Part shown: positions 48,416-57,595 of the stretch, in pieces
Layout of the letters: each line of letters begins with the position of its first letter
How positions within the stretch are numbered: position 1 is the first letter of the stretch
IMG/VR virus record: IMGVR_UViG_3300050166_000025
Coordinates: 1 to 64,000 of that record
Direction: 5' to 3' (one strand)
Source: a virus
Length of the DNA: 64,000 nt
Notes under the pieces: model-generated
What the model saw: only the letters and a program-made list of their open reading frames with translations
What the model was told of the DNA's origin: nothing
The model's database searches: none
Made by a program: the position numbers and the translations under genes

Positions 48416-48883
48416 TTAGTATCCTCTTGCTTGACGTGCCTTATTTTCTGCAGCTTTTGTGAAATAGAAATTATAAGCTGTCTTTGCATCTAAGCCAATA
48501 GAAGCTGCGTAATTAATAAAGAAGTGAAGAATGTCAATCCATTCCATGTAAAGTTCTTTCTTATCTCCTTCTGACAAGTCTGCAACCTTTAATGTGTCAT
48601 ACTTGGCAAAGTCTTTCTTCCAATATTTCCAAACTGCATTACCACTACCATCTTTAATACCGCCTAAAGCATCTGTCATCTCGTGAATTTCATCAATCAC
48701 AGCGTGCGTATTTACATGCCAAAAATTCATGACTTCTCTGATTGTCATATCTTCAAACTTAATACCATACGTATTCTCCTGCATCTCTTTCTGATGCTGC
48801 ATGATATCTGCTAGGTGTGTTGTTGATTGGTCATAGAAGTCATTTACTTCCAGGTCTTTGCATTCATTATCTATATTTGCCAT
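48416..48883 (-). CDS. gp56: dCTPase/dUTPase (T4 gp56 family)
   Basis: NEC, IDEIHE, AVWKYWK, EWIDILHF and ENKARQARGY align with T4 gp56 (AVWKKWK, ELVDIFHF, NFERQDNGY). Confidence 0.85.
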   Translation of the reverse strand: MANIDNECKDLEVNDFYDQSTTHLADIMQHQKEMQENTYGIKFEDMTIREVMNFWHVNTHAVIDEIHEMTDALGGIKDGSGNAVWKYWKKDFAKYDTLKVADLSEGDKKELYMEWIDILHFFINYAASIGLDAKTAYNFYFTKAAENKARQARGY

Positions 48884-48899
48884 ATCTTTTTATTTTTAA

Positions 48900-48927
48900 G
48901 TTATATGATGAGACTGCCTTTTGTTTA
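48900..48927 (-). promoter_or_regulatory. Putative middle promoter TAAAC-N17-TATAAC
   Basis: Exact-spacing motif. Confidence 0.6.
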
Positions 48928-48964
48928 AGGAAAAATCAGAATTTTTATCCAATGGTTAGATATA

Positions 48965-48992
48965 AAGAAAATGGCCTCGATAAGAGGCCATT
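48965..48992 (-). terminator. Intrinsic terminator
   Basis: AATGGCCTC/GAGGCCATT stem plus T-run on the minus strand. Confidence 0.65.
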
Positions 48993-48995
48993 CAA

Positions 48996-50228
48996 TTAAA
49001 ATAAAGCGCTTGGCTTAGGCGTTTCAGCTTCAATGCTGGGTGTTCTTTTCTTGGTTGCAATTGCATCTAAATGCATTTGGCGATACACTACGTCATTGCC
49101 ACAGTGTGCTTTTGCAATTTCAAAGCATCGTTGACGTCGTAGTTCTCTGGCTGTATGATCATTTGCCAATTCTGCTAATTGATCTGCTGTATCGGCTAGG
49201 TTTGAACGATCACTGTATACTGCAAAGTCTTTCATCTTTGCAAACAAGGTTCCATTTAGATGGGTGCAATTATCCGCCCAATGCTTATCAAAAACTGGAA
49301 TGGTTCCACATGCAATGATTTCGCACATTGCAAACTCCATATTATTGCCGTAAGCCTCAGCATCTAAATTGTAGAAGTCAGCACCAAACATAGAAGTTGA
49401 AAGCTCTTCAATTCCTTCAAGTCTGTTGTAAGGTCCGTAGATCCAAACTTTATCAGCAGTTTGCTCAGCTGGTTCCGGGTTCTTATTGTTGACCTCGTAA
49501 ATATTTGGTCTGTATGAATTTTGACGATCCGTTAAGTCTGAATAGAATAGGTCTAATGAGCCAATGGAGCGTTCAATGCCTCTCATCTCTCCAATCACAT
49601 TGACCCTTTCAAGTTCTGCTTGCATATCTACAATTCGCTGTGGATCCTTAAAGCCTGCAAATCTGCCAAAATATGAGATGCGTCTCTTCTGCTCTTCAAC
49701 TGGCTTCCAATATTGTCTTAAGGAGTCAAAGTCAAAACCCAGACCCATCTTAATGACTGGCACGTTTGGATTAAACTCTTTCATCTTCTTTGCAAATGGA
49801 GACGATAGGGAGTGCGTGAATGAAGCGTCCATTTGACCCATAGTTTCCCATATCATTGAGTTTCTAATCAACGACTGCGCTTTGTGGTCATTCTGGTGTG
49901 ATAATTTGATTGGCTTAGTAACTCCGCAAACTAGATGGTCGTAGAAAGCCTTTTGATAAGGCTCTGAATGTCCTTTCTTTGACGGAAGAGATTGATAATA
50001 TACAATGTCGTACTCTTCGTTCAACTTTCTTGAAAGAGCTTCTATCTCATTATTACCAAACTCAATGATGTCATTTTCCTGTGCGTCCTTCCGGCCCCAT
50101 TTCTTATCTGAGCCAGCATAGATATCGCATTGCATATCATTATTACGATACCATTTCTGCTCTTCTAATGCGTACCTGGTAACGCCGCAACCCTCGATAC
50201 CTCTACCTAAAATAATAGCTGCTTTCAT
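48996..50228 (-). CDS. agt: DNA alpha-glucosyltransferase (T4 AGT-like, GT-B fold)
   Basis: GRGIEGCGVTRYALE (T4: ARGLEGCGVTKFSLE), QNDH, GR...K, GIERS and ACGTIPVF. Confidence 0.85.
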   Translation of the reverse strand: MKAAIILGRGIEGCGVTRYALEEQKWYRNNDMQCDIYAGSDKKWGRKDAQENDIIEFGNNEIEALSRKLNEEYDIVYYQSLPSKKGHSEPYQKAFYDHLVCGVTKPIKLSHQNDHKAQSLIRNSMIWETMGQMDASFTHSLSSPFAKKMKEFNPNVPVIKMGLGFDFDSLRQYWKPVEEQKRRISYFGRFAGFKDPQRIVDMQAELERVNVIGEMRGIERSIGSLDLFYSDLTDRQNSYRPNIYEVNNKNPEPAEQTADKVWIYGPYNRLEGIEELSTSMFGADFYNLDAEAYGNNMEFAMCEIIACGTIPVFDKHWADNCTHLNGTLFAKMKDFAVYSDRSNLADTADQLAELANDHTARELRRQRCFEIAKAHCGNDVVYRQMHLDAIATKKRTPSIEAETPKPSALF

Positions 50229-50497
50229 TATACTTGTTTTTCGTTAATGTAATTTTCAAGACCTTGAATGTATGCGACCGCATCTAATAGATTGTCACGC
50301 TTGTGATTGTAGCTTTCACGAGAAAATTTAAGTGCTACTAGAGCCATGAACATTTCACGACCGGTGACAGAGAGACCTGTCATACCATTAAAAATCATTG
50401 CTGCTCTGTCCATGCCTTCGGAGAAAGGGCCATATTGACGATCTGCTTCTTCTGAACGATTGTTAACGATTGAATTTGCTTCTTCTAAAATTGTCAT
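50228..50497 (-). CDS. DUF6378-like all-helical protein
   Basis: ILEEA..IV..R...YG...LK.SR...H..DN..D..AY pattern. Confidence 0.7.
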   Translation of the reverse strand: MTILEEANSIVNNRSEEADRQYGPFSEGMDRAAMIFNGMTGLSVTGREMFMALVALKFSRESYNHKRDNLLDAVAYIQGLENYINEKQV

Positions 50498-50513
50498 TCT
50501 ATAATATTTAAGA

Positions 50514-50541
50514 GTTATACAGTATATATGTCTTTTGTTTC
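50514..50541 (-). promoter_or_regulatory. Putative middle promoter GAAAC-N17-TATAAC
   Basis: Exact-spacing motif, overlapping the 3' end of the upstream gene. Confidence 0.55.
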
Positions 50542-50877
50542 TAAATAACTTTTAATTAGATTGATAGTTTGAGGTTCTGCGCCTGGATCGTTCCATACTC
50601 TATTCAGCCCACTTGGATGTGGAACTTTAAGATGATTAACCCCATTTCTTATCAGCCAATCGCTCGGCTGATTTCCAAGAGCTATCACTTTATCATACCC
50701 TATGAGCTGTTCTGCTTTCAGTGTAACCTCTTTCATTTTCAAAGAGGCTGTGTGATAGTCTACTAAGTTATACCAATCATATTGTGTTTCGCCTAGCCAT
50801 CGCTTGACTTTAATTCTAGTAATGGATTTAGATTCTGAGACTTTACCGGGAGAGTGGCCAACTATAACTACTCTCAT
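50515..50877 (-). CDS. Minimal uracil-DNA glycosylase superfamily protein
   Basis: VVIVGHSPG, VIALG and PHPSGLNR motifs. Confidence 0.7.
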   Translation of the reverse strand: MRVVIVGHSPGKVSESKSITRIKVKRWLGETQYDWYNLVDYHTASLKMKEVTLKAEQLIGYDKVIALGNQPSDWLIRNGVNHLKVPHPSGLNRVWNDPGAEPQTINLIKSYLETKDIYTV

Positions 50878-51098
50878 AACGGTGCTTCTTCATTAACCCA
50901 TTCCACCTTTCCTTTGGCCACACCCATAATTTTTACAAAACTATCGTTGCCTTTGGTTGCGATCTTCTTAGTTTTTTCAATTGCCTCATCCATTGTCCAT
51001 GCCATTACACAACATGAAAAATCCTGCTTCACGTTCCAGTATGGAAGTCTAAGCAGCTCGTCTTTGTATTGTAAATAATAAACTAAAAAAGGTTCCAT
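50874..51098 (-). CDS. Hypothetical protein
   Basis: 74-aa coupled ORF. Confidence 0.6.
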   Translation of the reverse strand: MEPFLVYYLQYKDELLRLPYWNVKQDFSCCVMAWTMDEAIEKTKKIATKGNDSFVKIMGVAKGKVEWVNEEAPL

Positions 51099-51105
51099 GT
51101 TAAAT

Positions 51106-51588
51106 TTATCTTAATCCTCTAGTGCTTTTTCTACCTAATTGAATTGCTATTTCGGATGGAGTTTGACCCAAGCCGGCTTCTCTTTTATACCACCAATATA
51201 GGTCTTCAATGCTTCCAGAACTGAAGTCTGACTCCATCGCTCGATCCCATAGGCAAACTCCAAATTCAAGGGCCAACTCTGCCTTTAAATGGTCTATAAT
51301 TTTAAGCTCTTCTTCATGAGCTTTTTCCATCAGTTTCAAAGCCTTGATTCTTTTCATTCTAGCAGCATCTTCAGCCGCTCTTCGTCGATTCCATTCTTCA
51401 GAGCCTCGATAATTCTTATATGCTTCATCGTATGACATGTTGGCCTCTTGTCGAGTATGTTCTGCCTCTAGAAACATATAAGAGTAATCAAAGTCACCGT
51501 GAAGGATTTTAAGCAGAAGTGGTGCATTTGCCGGAAGAGGTCTTCTGGGTCTGCCCTTAGTATACCACCTGTATTTATTATAAGCCAT
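51106..51588 (-). CDS. Hypothetical protein
   Basis: 160-aa ORF. Confidence 0.65.
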   Translation of the reverse strand: MAYNKYRWYTKGRPRRPLPANAPLLLKILHGDFDYSYMFLEAEHTRQEANMSYDEAYKNYRGSEEWNRRRAAEDAARMKRIKALKLMEKAHEEELKIIDHLKAELALEFGVCLWDRAMESDFSSGSIEDLYWWYKREAGLGQTPSEIAIQLGRKSTRGLR

Positions 51589-51596
51589 GTGAAAGA

Positions 51597-51758
51597 TTAT
51601 TCTTCTAGCGCATCAATCTTGTCCTCTAATCTAACCATAAGGGCCTCAACAGATTCTACCATCGAAGACCAGCCCTTGGCCTTGTACTGCTCCAATCTGA
51701 TTGAAGCTTCTTCTAATTGAGTTAATAACATCTCAACCTTTAATTCATTTCTAGTCAT
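51597..51758 (-). CDS. Small hypothetical protein (53 aa, not in the ORF track)
   Basis: MTRNELKVEMLLTQLEEASIRLEQYKAKGWSSMVESVEALMVRLEDKIDALEE fills the gap between neighbours. Confidence 0.65.
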   Translation of the reverse strand: MTRNELKVEMLLTQLEEASIRLEQYKAKGWSSMVESVEALMVRLEDKIDALEE

Positions 51759-51770
51759 AACCTTTATTAT

Positions 51771-51992
51771 TTATAGTTCTACAATTTCTTCAAGTACTCC
51801 ATCATAATAAATTACATTCAACCCCAATGCGGGTAAGTCTACGTTATAGTATTCTTGATTGTAATTAGTCAGTGTAACATCTAACCAAGTGGATTCGATT
51901 CCGTTCTTTTCGCAAAAAGCATCGAATCTAACGGCATCCATTTTAGGTGCCTGTTCGTAAATTTCTTTCTTCGTAATCGCTATAGTGCTCAT
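51771..51992 (-). CDS. Hypothetical early protein
   Basis: First gene after the early promoter at 52018. Confidence 0.65.
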   Translation of the reverse strand: MSTIAITKKEIYEQAPKMDAVRFDAFCEKNGIESTWLDVTLTNYNQEYYNVDLPALGLNVIYYDGVLEEIVEL

Positions 51993-52017
51993 CTTTTTAT
52001 TTGTTTGTTATTATGTA

Positions 52018-52027
52018 GTAAATATAA
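52018..52027 (-). promoter_or_regulatory. Early promoter element TTATATTTAC
   Basis: Recurrent motif with upstream TTTGTCGG. Confidence 0.6.
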
Positions 52028-52117
52028 TATAAAAAACCGACAAATAAAAATATTTTTCTGTTTATTTTTGAATAAATATCTCGTTATTAATCAAACAAAC
52101 AAAAATACTATAAGGAA

Positions 52118-52252
52118 ATGGCAAAAGCTGCAAATCCAATGGGTGGCGCTCTTAAAAAAGTTAAAAGAAGAGGTAAAGCTGCAAAAACAAAAACTTCATC
52201 GAGCAGAGGTTCTAAGAACTACGCAAAGAAGTATAGAGGCCAAGGCCGCTAA
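52118..52252 (+). CDS. Small highly basic protein ending KKYRGQGR (44 aa, not in the ORF track)
   Basis: MAKAANPMGGALKKVKRRGKAAKTKTSSSRGSKNYAKKYRGQGR; GAATAAATA upstream and a terminator downstream. Confidence 0.75.
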   Translation: MAKAANPMGGALKKVKRRGKAAKTKTSSSRGSKNYAKKYRGQGR

Positions 52253-52257
52253 AATAC

Positions 52258-52282
52258 AAAAAGGACCGAAAGGTCCTTTTTT
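52258..52282. terminator. Bidirectional intrinsic terminator
   Basis: AAAAAGGACC-GAAA-GGTCCTTTTT between convergent genes. Confidence 0.85.
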
Positions 52283-52302
52283 AGTTTAAACGATGATACG
52301 CG

Positions 52303-53013
52303 TTAAACTTTTAAATACTTTAAGATTGAATCTTCTATTAAATCATCTGTGATATTGAAACTATATCCTGCACTGCCTTCTTGGTTCTTACTGAAACCTC
52401 CTTTACCAAACTTATGATCTAACCATGTTTGTAATTCAGATGTAGCATCAACTCCTTCTAAAGCATCTACGTCTTTAATTGTGGCTGGCACAAATTGAAC
52501 TACTCCAGAATTGTAAGTGATTAGGAAACTCACTTCCTGTTTAACTGCCTTTAGTTTATATTTAGCCTTAAATGAAACTGATTCATTTATGTTAGCAAAG
52601 CTCTCGTAGGTTTTAATCATTTGCATAAGTCTCTTTCTTTTCTTTTTCTCTTGTTTATATACTTCTTCTGCATCTCCTTGTCCTGAAGCTTTATCTCCAG
52701 AACCAACTCCACCGTTTGACAAATTTGGTAACTGTATTTTGCCCATTCCCGCGCCGGGCATTGAAGCACCTTGCGGAGATGTGTAGCTTGCTGCAAAGGC
52801 TAAGCCCTCTTCTGTCTTTTCGGGAGCCTCATCAGGAAGACCTTCATGCGGAGTTGAAGCAAAATCTTTTAACTCCTTCGTTGTCATACCAACTACAAGA
52901 TCCTTTACCTTGTCCCTGTATTCTGAAGAAACATTCTCTATTGACATACTGCCAGTTTTAACTGCGTATGCAATTCCCATTAATCTCTGTTGTGATTTTG
53001 AAGTAGCTGGCAT
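52303..53013 (-). CDS. DUF3008-like N-terminal domain, internal capsid-targeting motif and C-terminal domain
   Basis: MPATSKSQQRLMG...ELKDFAST.HEGLP; internal MIKTYESFANINES. Confidence 0.65.
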   Translation of the reverse strand: MPATSKSQQRLMGIAYAVKTGSMSIENVSSEYRDKVKDLVVGMTTKELKDFASTPHEGLPDEAPEKTEEGLAFAASYTSPQGASMPGAGMGKIQLPNLSNGGVGSGDKASGQGDAEEVYKQEKKKRKRLMQMIKTYESFANINESVSFKAKYKLKAVKQEVSFLITYNSGVVQFVPATIKDVDALEGVDATSELQTWLDHKFGKGGFSKNQEGSAGYSFNITDDLIEDSILKYLKV

Positions 53014-53024
53014 ATTATTAATTT

Positions 53025-54227
53025 TTATTTTGAGTCAAATGATAAGTAAAAACCCGATCTAATTTCAACATTATTTTCGCCTACTTCTCTTTCATATTTT
53101 CCAACTATTTCAGTGTTGTTTTTACGAAGCAGCGCAGCATTTTGCATACCTCCTAATTTTTTAGAGAATTTATTAGAATCTACGTCATCTGCAAAACCAA
53201 TATTAATTACAAAATCCATTGGAATTCTAGCAATTAATTGATTTTCATTAGATGATTCCTCATCCCATTCTTCTCCACTTAAAGTTGCAACAATATAGAC
53301 AATAGATTCTTTATCCTTAACTTGCTTCATCACCTCTTGCTCGATGATTTTAGCACCTTCTTTATCAGCCCATTTAGACCATTCTTTGTTAATATTTTCT
53401 AAAGTTGATTTTGCATCTCCTTCAAATTTAACGTGTTCTACGTGTTTTTTAAATGCAAATAAAACCTTGCCCGGTATACCTTTGGCTCCATAAGAACTTG
53501 TTAATTGATACGCTTTTTCATTTAATTCATTTTCAACAAAGTCAGCGAAAGATTCATAAATAAATGTTTCGTTTGCTTTTTTTGTTCTCTGTTGGTGTAA
53601 CTTTTGTTGCAGAGCTCTTAATCTCTTGCCTTCTTCTTCTTTCTTATCAACTGCTTTTAATCTTGCTAATTGATTTTTCTTATATTGGGCTTTTTGTCTT
53701 TCGGCGTCTGTCATTGGTCTATAACCTGACTCATCAACCTCTTCTGTTTCTTTAATTAGATCTGAAAGATGCATGCCATTTTCTTTTCCAGTTTTAGTGT
53801 CCTTTAACTTGGCTTTGCCGCCTGAGATGCTAACAACCGTAAAAGTTTGAGTTGGATCTTCTCCAATAAATTTTCTTGAAACTGTATCTCCTACTTTGAT
53901 TTCAGAGTTGGATTCATTTGTAGTTTGAGAATTCTCCTTTGACATAATGATATGATTTAGTATTTTTTGTCCGTGTTTAGATAATGAAACCTGATCCTCT
54001 GTGACGTTAAAGTATCCTGCATTTCTTCTTAACCATCTAGAATCGTCTGCTGACATCTCCTTTAAGATAGCTTTAAAATCTGCTTTAGTAATCATGCCAT
54101 CTTTAATGGCTTCAATCACTCTATTTCTAACGTTTGCATGCTTACCGGCTGTTTTAGCAGGATATGCTTCAGTATATTGTCTCTTTAAAGTAATTTTAGA
54201 TTCGTTTAAGAAATCATCAAAATTCAT
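53025..54227 (-). CDS. Multidomain putative internal head (poly)protein
   Basis: MNFDDFLNE; linkers TTNESNSE, IKETEEVDE and YESFADFVENELNE; SH3/KOW-like IKVGDTV module. Confidence 0.6.
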   Translation of the reverse strand: MNFDDFLNESKITLKRQYTEAYPAKTAGKHANVRNRVIEAIKDGMITKADFKAILKEMSADDSRWLRRNAGYFNVTEDQVSLSKHGQKILNHIIMSKENSQTTNESNSEIKVGDTVSRKFIGEDPTQTFTVVSISGGKAKLKDTKTGKENGMHLSDLIKETEEVDESGYRPMTDAERQKAQYKKNQLARLKAVDKKEEEGKRLRALQQKLHQQRTKKANETFIYESFADFVENELNEKAYQLTSSYGAKGIPGKVLFAFKKHVEHVKFEGDAKSTLENINKEWSKWADKEGAKIIEQEVMKQVKDKESIVYIVATLSGEEWDEESSNENQLIARIPMDFVINIGFADDVDSNKFSKKLGGMQNAALLRKNNTEIVGKYEREVGENNVEIRSGFYLSFDSK

Positions 54228-54250
54228 TTCTTTATTCTATTTTTATAATG

Positions 54251-54258
54251 TATATATC
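54251..54258 (-). promoter_or_regulatory. Late promoter GATATATA
   Basis: Recurrent motif. Confidence 0.65.
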
Positions 54259-54259
54259 G

Positions 54260-55738
54260 CTATTTCATTTTAAATCCTAGCTTACCATTATCTGGGCTAT
54301 ATACTGACTGATTCGGTGCCTCGAAAGTAAATTTAACTCCCTCATTTGAGAAAGACTTAAGATGTAATAACATCTCCTGTTTCTTTGGAGCAAAGTCTAA
54401 ATACAATTGCTTGACTTCTAGCTTTGAGAGTAATTCTGTTAAAGCTGTCTGATAAACTTGATTTTGATTTAAAATATCTGTCACGTGATAGCAAAGTGGT
54501 CCAACTACTGCGCCATATACTTTTTTATCTTTTACCCTTGACCATTCTACTTTATTTCCTGAAGGTGCTCTACCTATTGTTTTATAGAAATCGGCAAAGA
54601 TAGTCATAAATTGATCTGGATTCTTCGCTAGAATTTCAGTGATGTATTGGTTTAAACTGTCTACTGTCACGTCGGCAATTCCTGTAATCTGTTGTAATTT
54701 AACGTATCCTGGCATTTGAAGATACTTTGCAATCTCTAAGTATCCTGAAGAAACTTTATTACCGTCAACTATTTGAAATATTTTATACAGTTGTTCTTGC
54801 GCATCTGTTGTTAACTGATCGGCCTTGATATTTTTAATGATTCCTGAAAGAGTAGGTGCAGCACCCGATTTATATTTAGAAGAAACTCCATACCCGTCAA
54901 TGTAAAAATCAACCAGCGGATTATTACCGGAAGGAAACTCAATTCCATCTACATATTTAGTAACTCCTAGCATATAGATTGCTCCTAGAATTTCACCAAA
55001 ATCTTTACCGACTGTATTTAGATCAGACGTATCGAAGTGTGTAATTAAGTGAGCTGTTTTGTTTGAATATTTAATGACTTCATCGAGAGTCTTAATAAAG
55101 CCCGGAGATTCAAAATTATATTTTGAACGATGTGATGCAACATCATCTACCATTGCATGTAATAAATCTACTATTACTTGCTGATCACTGAATTTATTGA
55201 TCACCGCTTGTTTTGTCAAACTTACAAGTTGACTCTGCTGTAAATAAGAATTGGGCAAACCTAGTCCCGTTGGAGTTAGTGCCTTTGAATTAAAAGAACC
55301 AACCGCAACATCATCGTTTACAATGTTAAACTCTAACCCTGCTGGAAATTCTAATCCTTTAATGGTGACTGCGTCCTCTAACTTTACTCTGTATGTGTAA
55401 TATTTTCCAGAGTACGATCCATTTCCGTAATTACCGGGTTCAACGGTTTCAACTGAATAGTTATTCAATTCCTTTTTAAGAATAGCATTTATATTGTTAA
55501 CTGTGTCAGACACAGTTTTACCCATCATATATCGTAGATGTTTAGGCCTTCTACCCGATTCAGATTTTCCATCATATCCAGCTTTATCTAAAACTGGTCT
55601 TATAAAATCTATTAGCTTTCCAGCGTCTGCTTGCTTAGATTCGTTGATCGCTTTGTTAAGCGCCATTTCAAATCTGGCTCTAATATCTCCTGGTGTAATT
55701 GCCATTCTCTTATTTGTTAAATTCTTTGAATTGTTCAA
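54260..55738 (-). CDS. Hypothetical protein with PD-(D/E)xK-like nuclease motif (start probably 55705)
   Basis: DFGEILG...FP...PLVDF...VSSK; N-terminal AINES putative cleavage site. Confidence 0.5.
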   Translation of the reverse strand: MNNSKNLTNKRMAITPGDIRARFEMALNKAINESKQADAGKLIDFIRPVLDKAGYDGKSESGRRPKHLRYMMGKTVSDTVNNINAILKKELNNYSVETVEPGNYGNGSYSGKYYTYRVKLEDAVTIKGLEFPAGLEFNIVNDDVAVGSFNSKALTPTGLGLPNSYLQQSQLVSLTKQAVINKFSDQQVIVDLLHAMVDDVASHRSKYNFESPGFIKTLDEVIKYSNKTAHLITHFDTSDLNTVGKDFGEILGAIYMLGVTKYVDGIEFPSGNNPLVDFYIDGYGVSSKYKSGAAPTLSGIIKNIKADQLTTDAQEQLYKIFQIVDGNKVSSGYLEIAKYLQMPGYVKLQQITGIADVTVDSLNQYITEILAKNPDQFMTIFADFYKTIGRAPSGNKVEWSRVKDKKVYGAVVGPLCYHVTDILNQNQVYQTALTELLSKLEVKQLYLDFAPKKQEMLLHLKSFSNEGVKFTFEAPNQSVYSPDNGKLGFKMK

Positions 55739-57575
55739 ATGTTAATATCTCTGATTCCTCAAAGGTTTCAACTGCTTCAACCAGGCTTAAAGATTTCTCT
55801 AGCTTTTCTTTCAACTCATTAAACATAGGGTGCAACGAGGACGGAGTCATCTTATTGAATTCTTTAGTGTCTCCTGACTCTAATGCTGCTCTAACTTTAG
55901 TGGCCGAGATATCGTCATCTCCTCTTTGAATCTCATGCAGTTCAAATTCTGGAAGAACTCCTAACTCCTCACGATACTTATCATTATTAACCATGTATCC
56001 ATAGGCTTTCATTCTATCGGTGCCTGTGCCCCATAAAACAGGTTCATACTTAGGTCTTAACTCGTTGAACATTACGTCAATTGCAGCAGATGGAACAACT
56101 ATCACATCCTTTAAGAACTTAAATTCTTTTTGAACGTGATTGAACATTTCAATCTGTGTTTCAGTGTCGTACGGTCTCTTGATTGCATCTTCTTTCTTTG
56201 CTTTTGCAGCCTTTACTAAGAATACAACCACTGGAAAACCATTTTTCTTGTATAATGTTTCTAAGACTTTGACGTGGCCTAGTGTAAATGGCTGAAATCT
56301 TCCAACGAAGATATTAACCTTCTCTTTTCCTTGCTCGGCATGAGCAACTTTAAGAGCCTCATTCAGGTTAGACTTAGTGGTCTTAATCTTATTATGAAGC
56401 ATATATGTGTTAAAATTATGGATAGCATTCTCATCTGTTACTTCAGAATAGATGTGCTCCTCAATTTTATCTATAATCTCGTTTAACTGGTCTATCATTG
56501 TTTGATTCATCAATGAAGACTCCTTAATTTTTCTCTTGTTGAATGAGCCTAAAATTATCTTAAACAACTCGGCTAACATTGGATTCTCAACGTAATTCAG
56601 TGTCTTTTCGTTCTCAATCCATTTTGTATTCAACTCGAACACCTCTGATTTTGCAAATTCTGCCGGCTGAAAATTAACGCCAACATACTTTGTGGCATTC
56701 TCTTTTACATAATCATTATACATTACTGAAATTAACTGAATGTATCTTTTATCGGCGGCCGCTTCTGTCAATTCAACCGCATCAATGCTGTAATTAGAAA
56801 AGAATTCTAAAATATCTACCATTGTTAATTGGTACATGTGACTGCCTTCTCTCGGCTCACTATTAGATTCGGCCTTTAGGTCATCTAACTTAAATGATTT
56901 GATTTGAGTAGAGTCAATAAAGCTAATCACTAATCCATCAATCGGCTTTACTAAATCTTCGTTTAAAACTGATTTATATGCAGAAGGATTAAACATCTTA
57001 TATACGTACTGTGTAAATGATTCGTTTGCAAATCTTGTAGTGTAAGCCTCATTTGAAGTGGCTAATAGATTTACTAGTAAATTTCGCTGTGATTCATCTA
57101 GAATACCCTCAAACACTACAGAGGGAGCCTGAACCTCTAGTTTAGTAGCCCATTCAGTTAAGATGACAGGGTCTGTTAGGACTTTCTTAACTTTTCCAGT
57201 ATTGCTTAACACTTGAATGTGTGAAAGAATCATTGAGTTATACGGAGTCTGATCATATTGAATTGAAGAAACTGAAGTCTCTGGTAAATAATCAAAGCCA
57301 AATTTCCAATCAGTTGGCATGTCTAGCTTAGTATTCTTTACTAGGGCTTGAAAATGCTTGATTCCTGTCTCGTATAATGATGTTAAAGTTCTATCTACCA
57401 TTGACATTGGCTCCGAGTTACCAGATTTAAAGTATTCAAAGCCTTCTAAACCTCTTCTAACGTGAAAAGAGGCCGCAGCAATCTTTTCAGTTACTACCAC
57501 CTTTTGTTTCAACATTTCATTGAAAGCGTTTGAATTTGTTGCTTGATAAAAGTCTTTAAGTCTTTGTAGTGCCAT
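55710..57575 (-). CDS. Degenerate ligase-like N-terminal domain fused to a HIGH-family cytidylyl/adenylyltransferase domain
   Basis: VTEKIAA (degenerate KxDG), DGLVI and FKL; GRFQPFTLGH, GTDR and ISATKVR; LNE linker; C-terminal LTFEQF. Confidence 0.7.
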   Translation of the reverse strand: MALQRLKDFYQATNSNAFNEMLKQKVVVTEKIAAASFHVRRGLEGFEYFKSGNSEPMSMVDRTLTSLYETGIKHFQALVKNTKLDMPTDWKFGFDYLPETSVSSIQYDQTPYNSMILSHIQVLSNTGKVKKVLTDPVILTEWATKLEVQAPSVVFEGILDESQRNLLVNLLATSNEAYTTRFANESFTQYVYKMFNPSAYKSVLNEDLVKPIDGLVISFIDSTQIKSFKLDDLKAESNSEPREGSHMYQLTMVDILEFFSNYSIDAVELTEAAADKRYIQLISVMYNDYVKENATKYVGVNFQPAEFAKSEVFELNTKWIENEKTLNYVENPMLAELFKIILGSFNKRKIKESSLMNQTMIDQLNEIIDKIEEHIYSEVTDENAIHNFNTYMLHNKIKTTKSNLNEALKVAHAEQGKEKVNIFVGRFQPFTLGHVKVLETLYKKNGFPVVVFLVKAAKAKKEDAIKRPYDTETQIEMFNHVQKEFKFLKDVIVVPSAAIDVMFNELRPKYEPVLWGTGTDRMKAYGYMVNNDKYREELGVLPEFELHEIQRGDDDISATKVRAALESGDTKEFNKMTPSSLHPMFNELKEKLEKSLSLVEAVETFEESEILTFEQFKEFNK

Positions 57576-57595
57576 TTCTTTCTGTTTGATTATAT

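Noticed and set aside
52005-52289. 94-aa plus-strand ORF in the track
   Set aside because: It overlaps promoters and the terminator; the credible gene is the 44-aa ORF at 52118-52252 in another frame.
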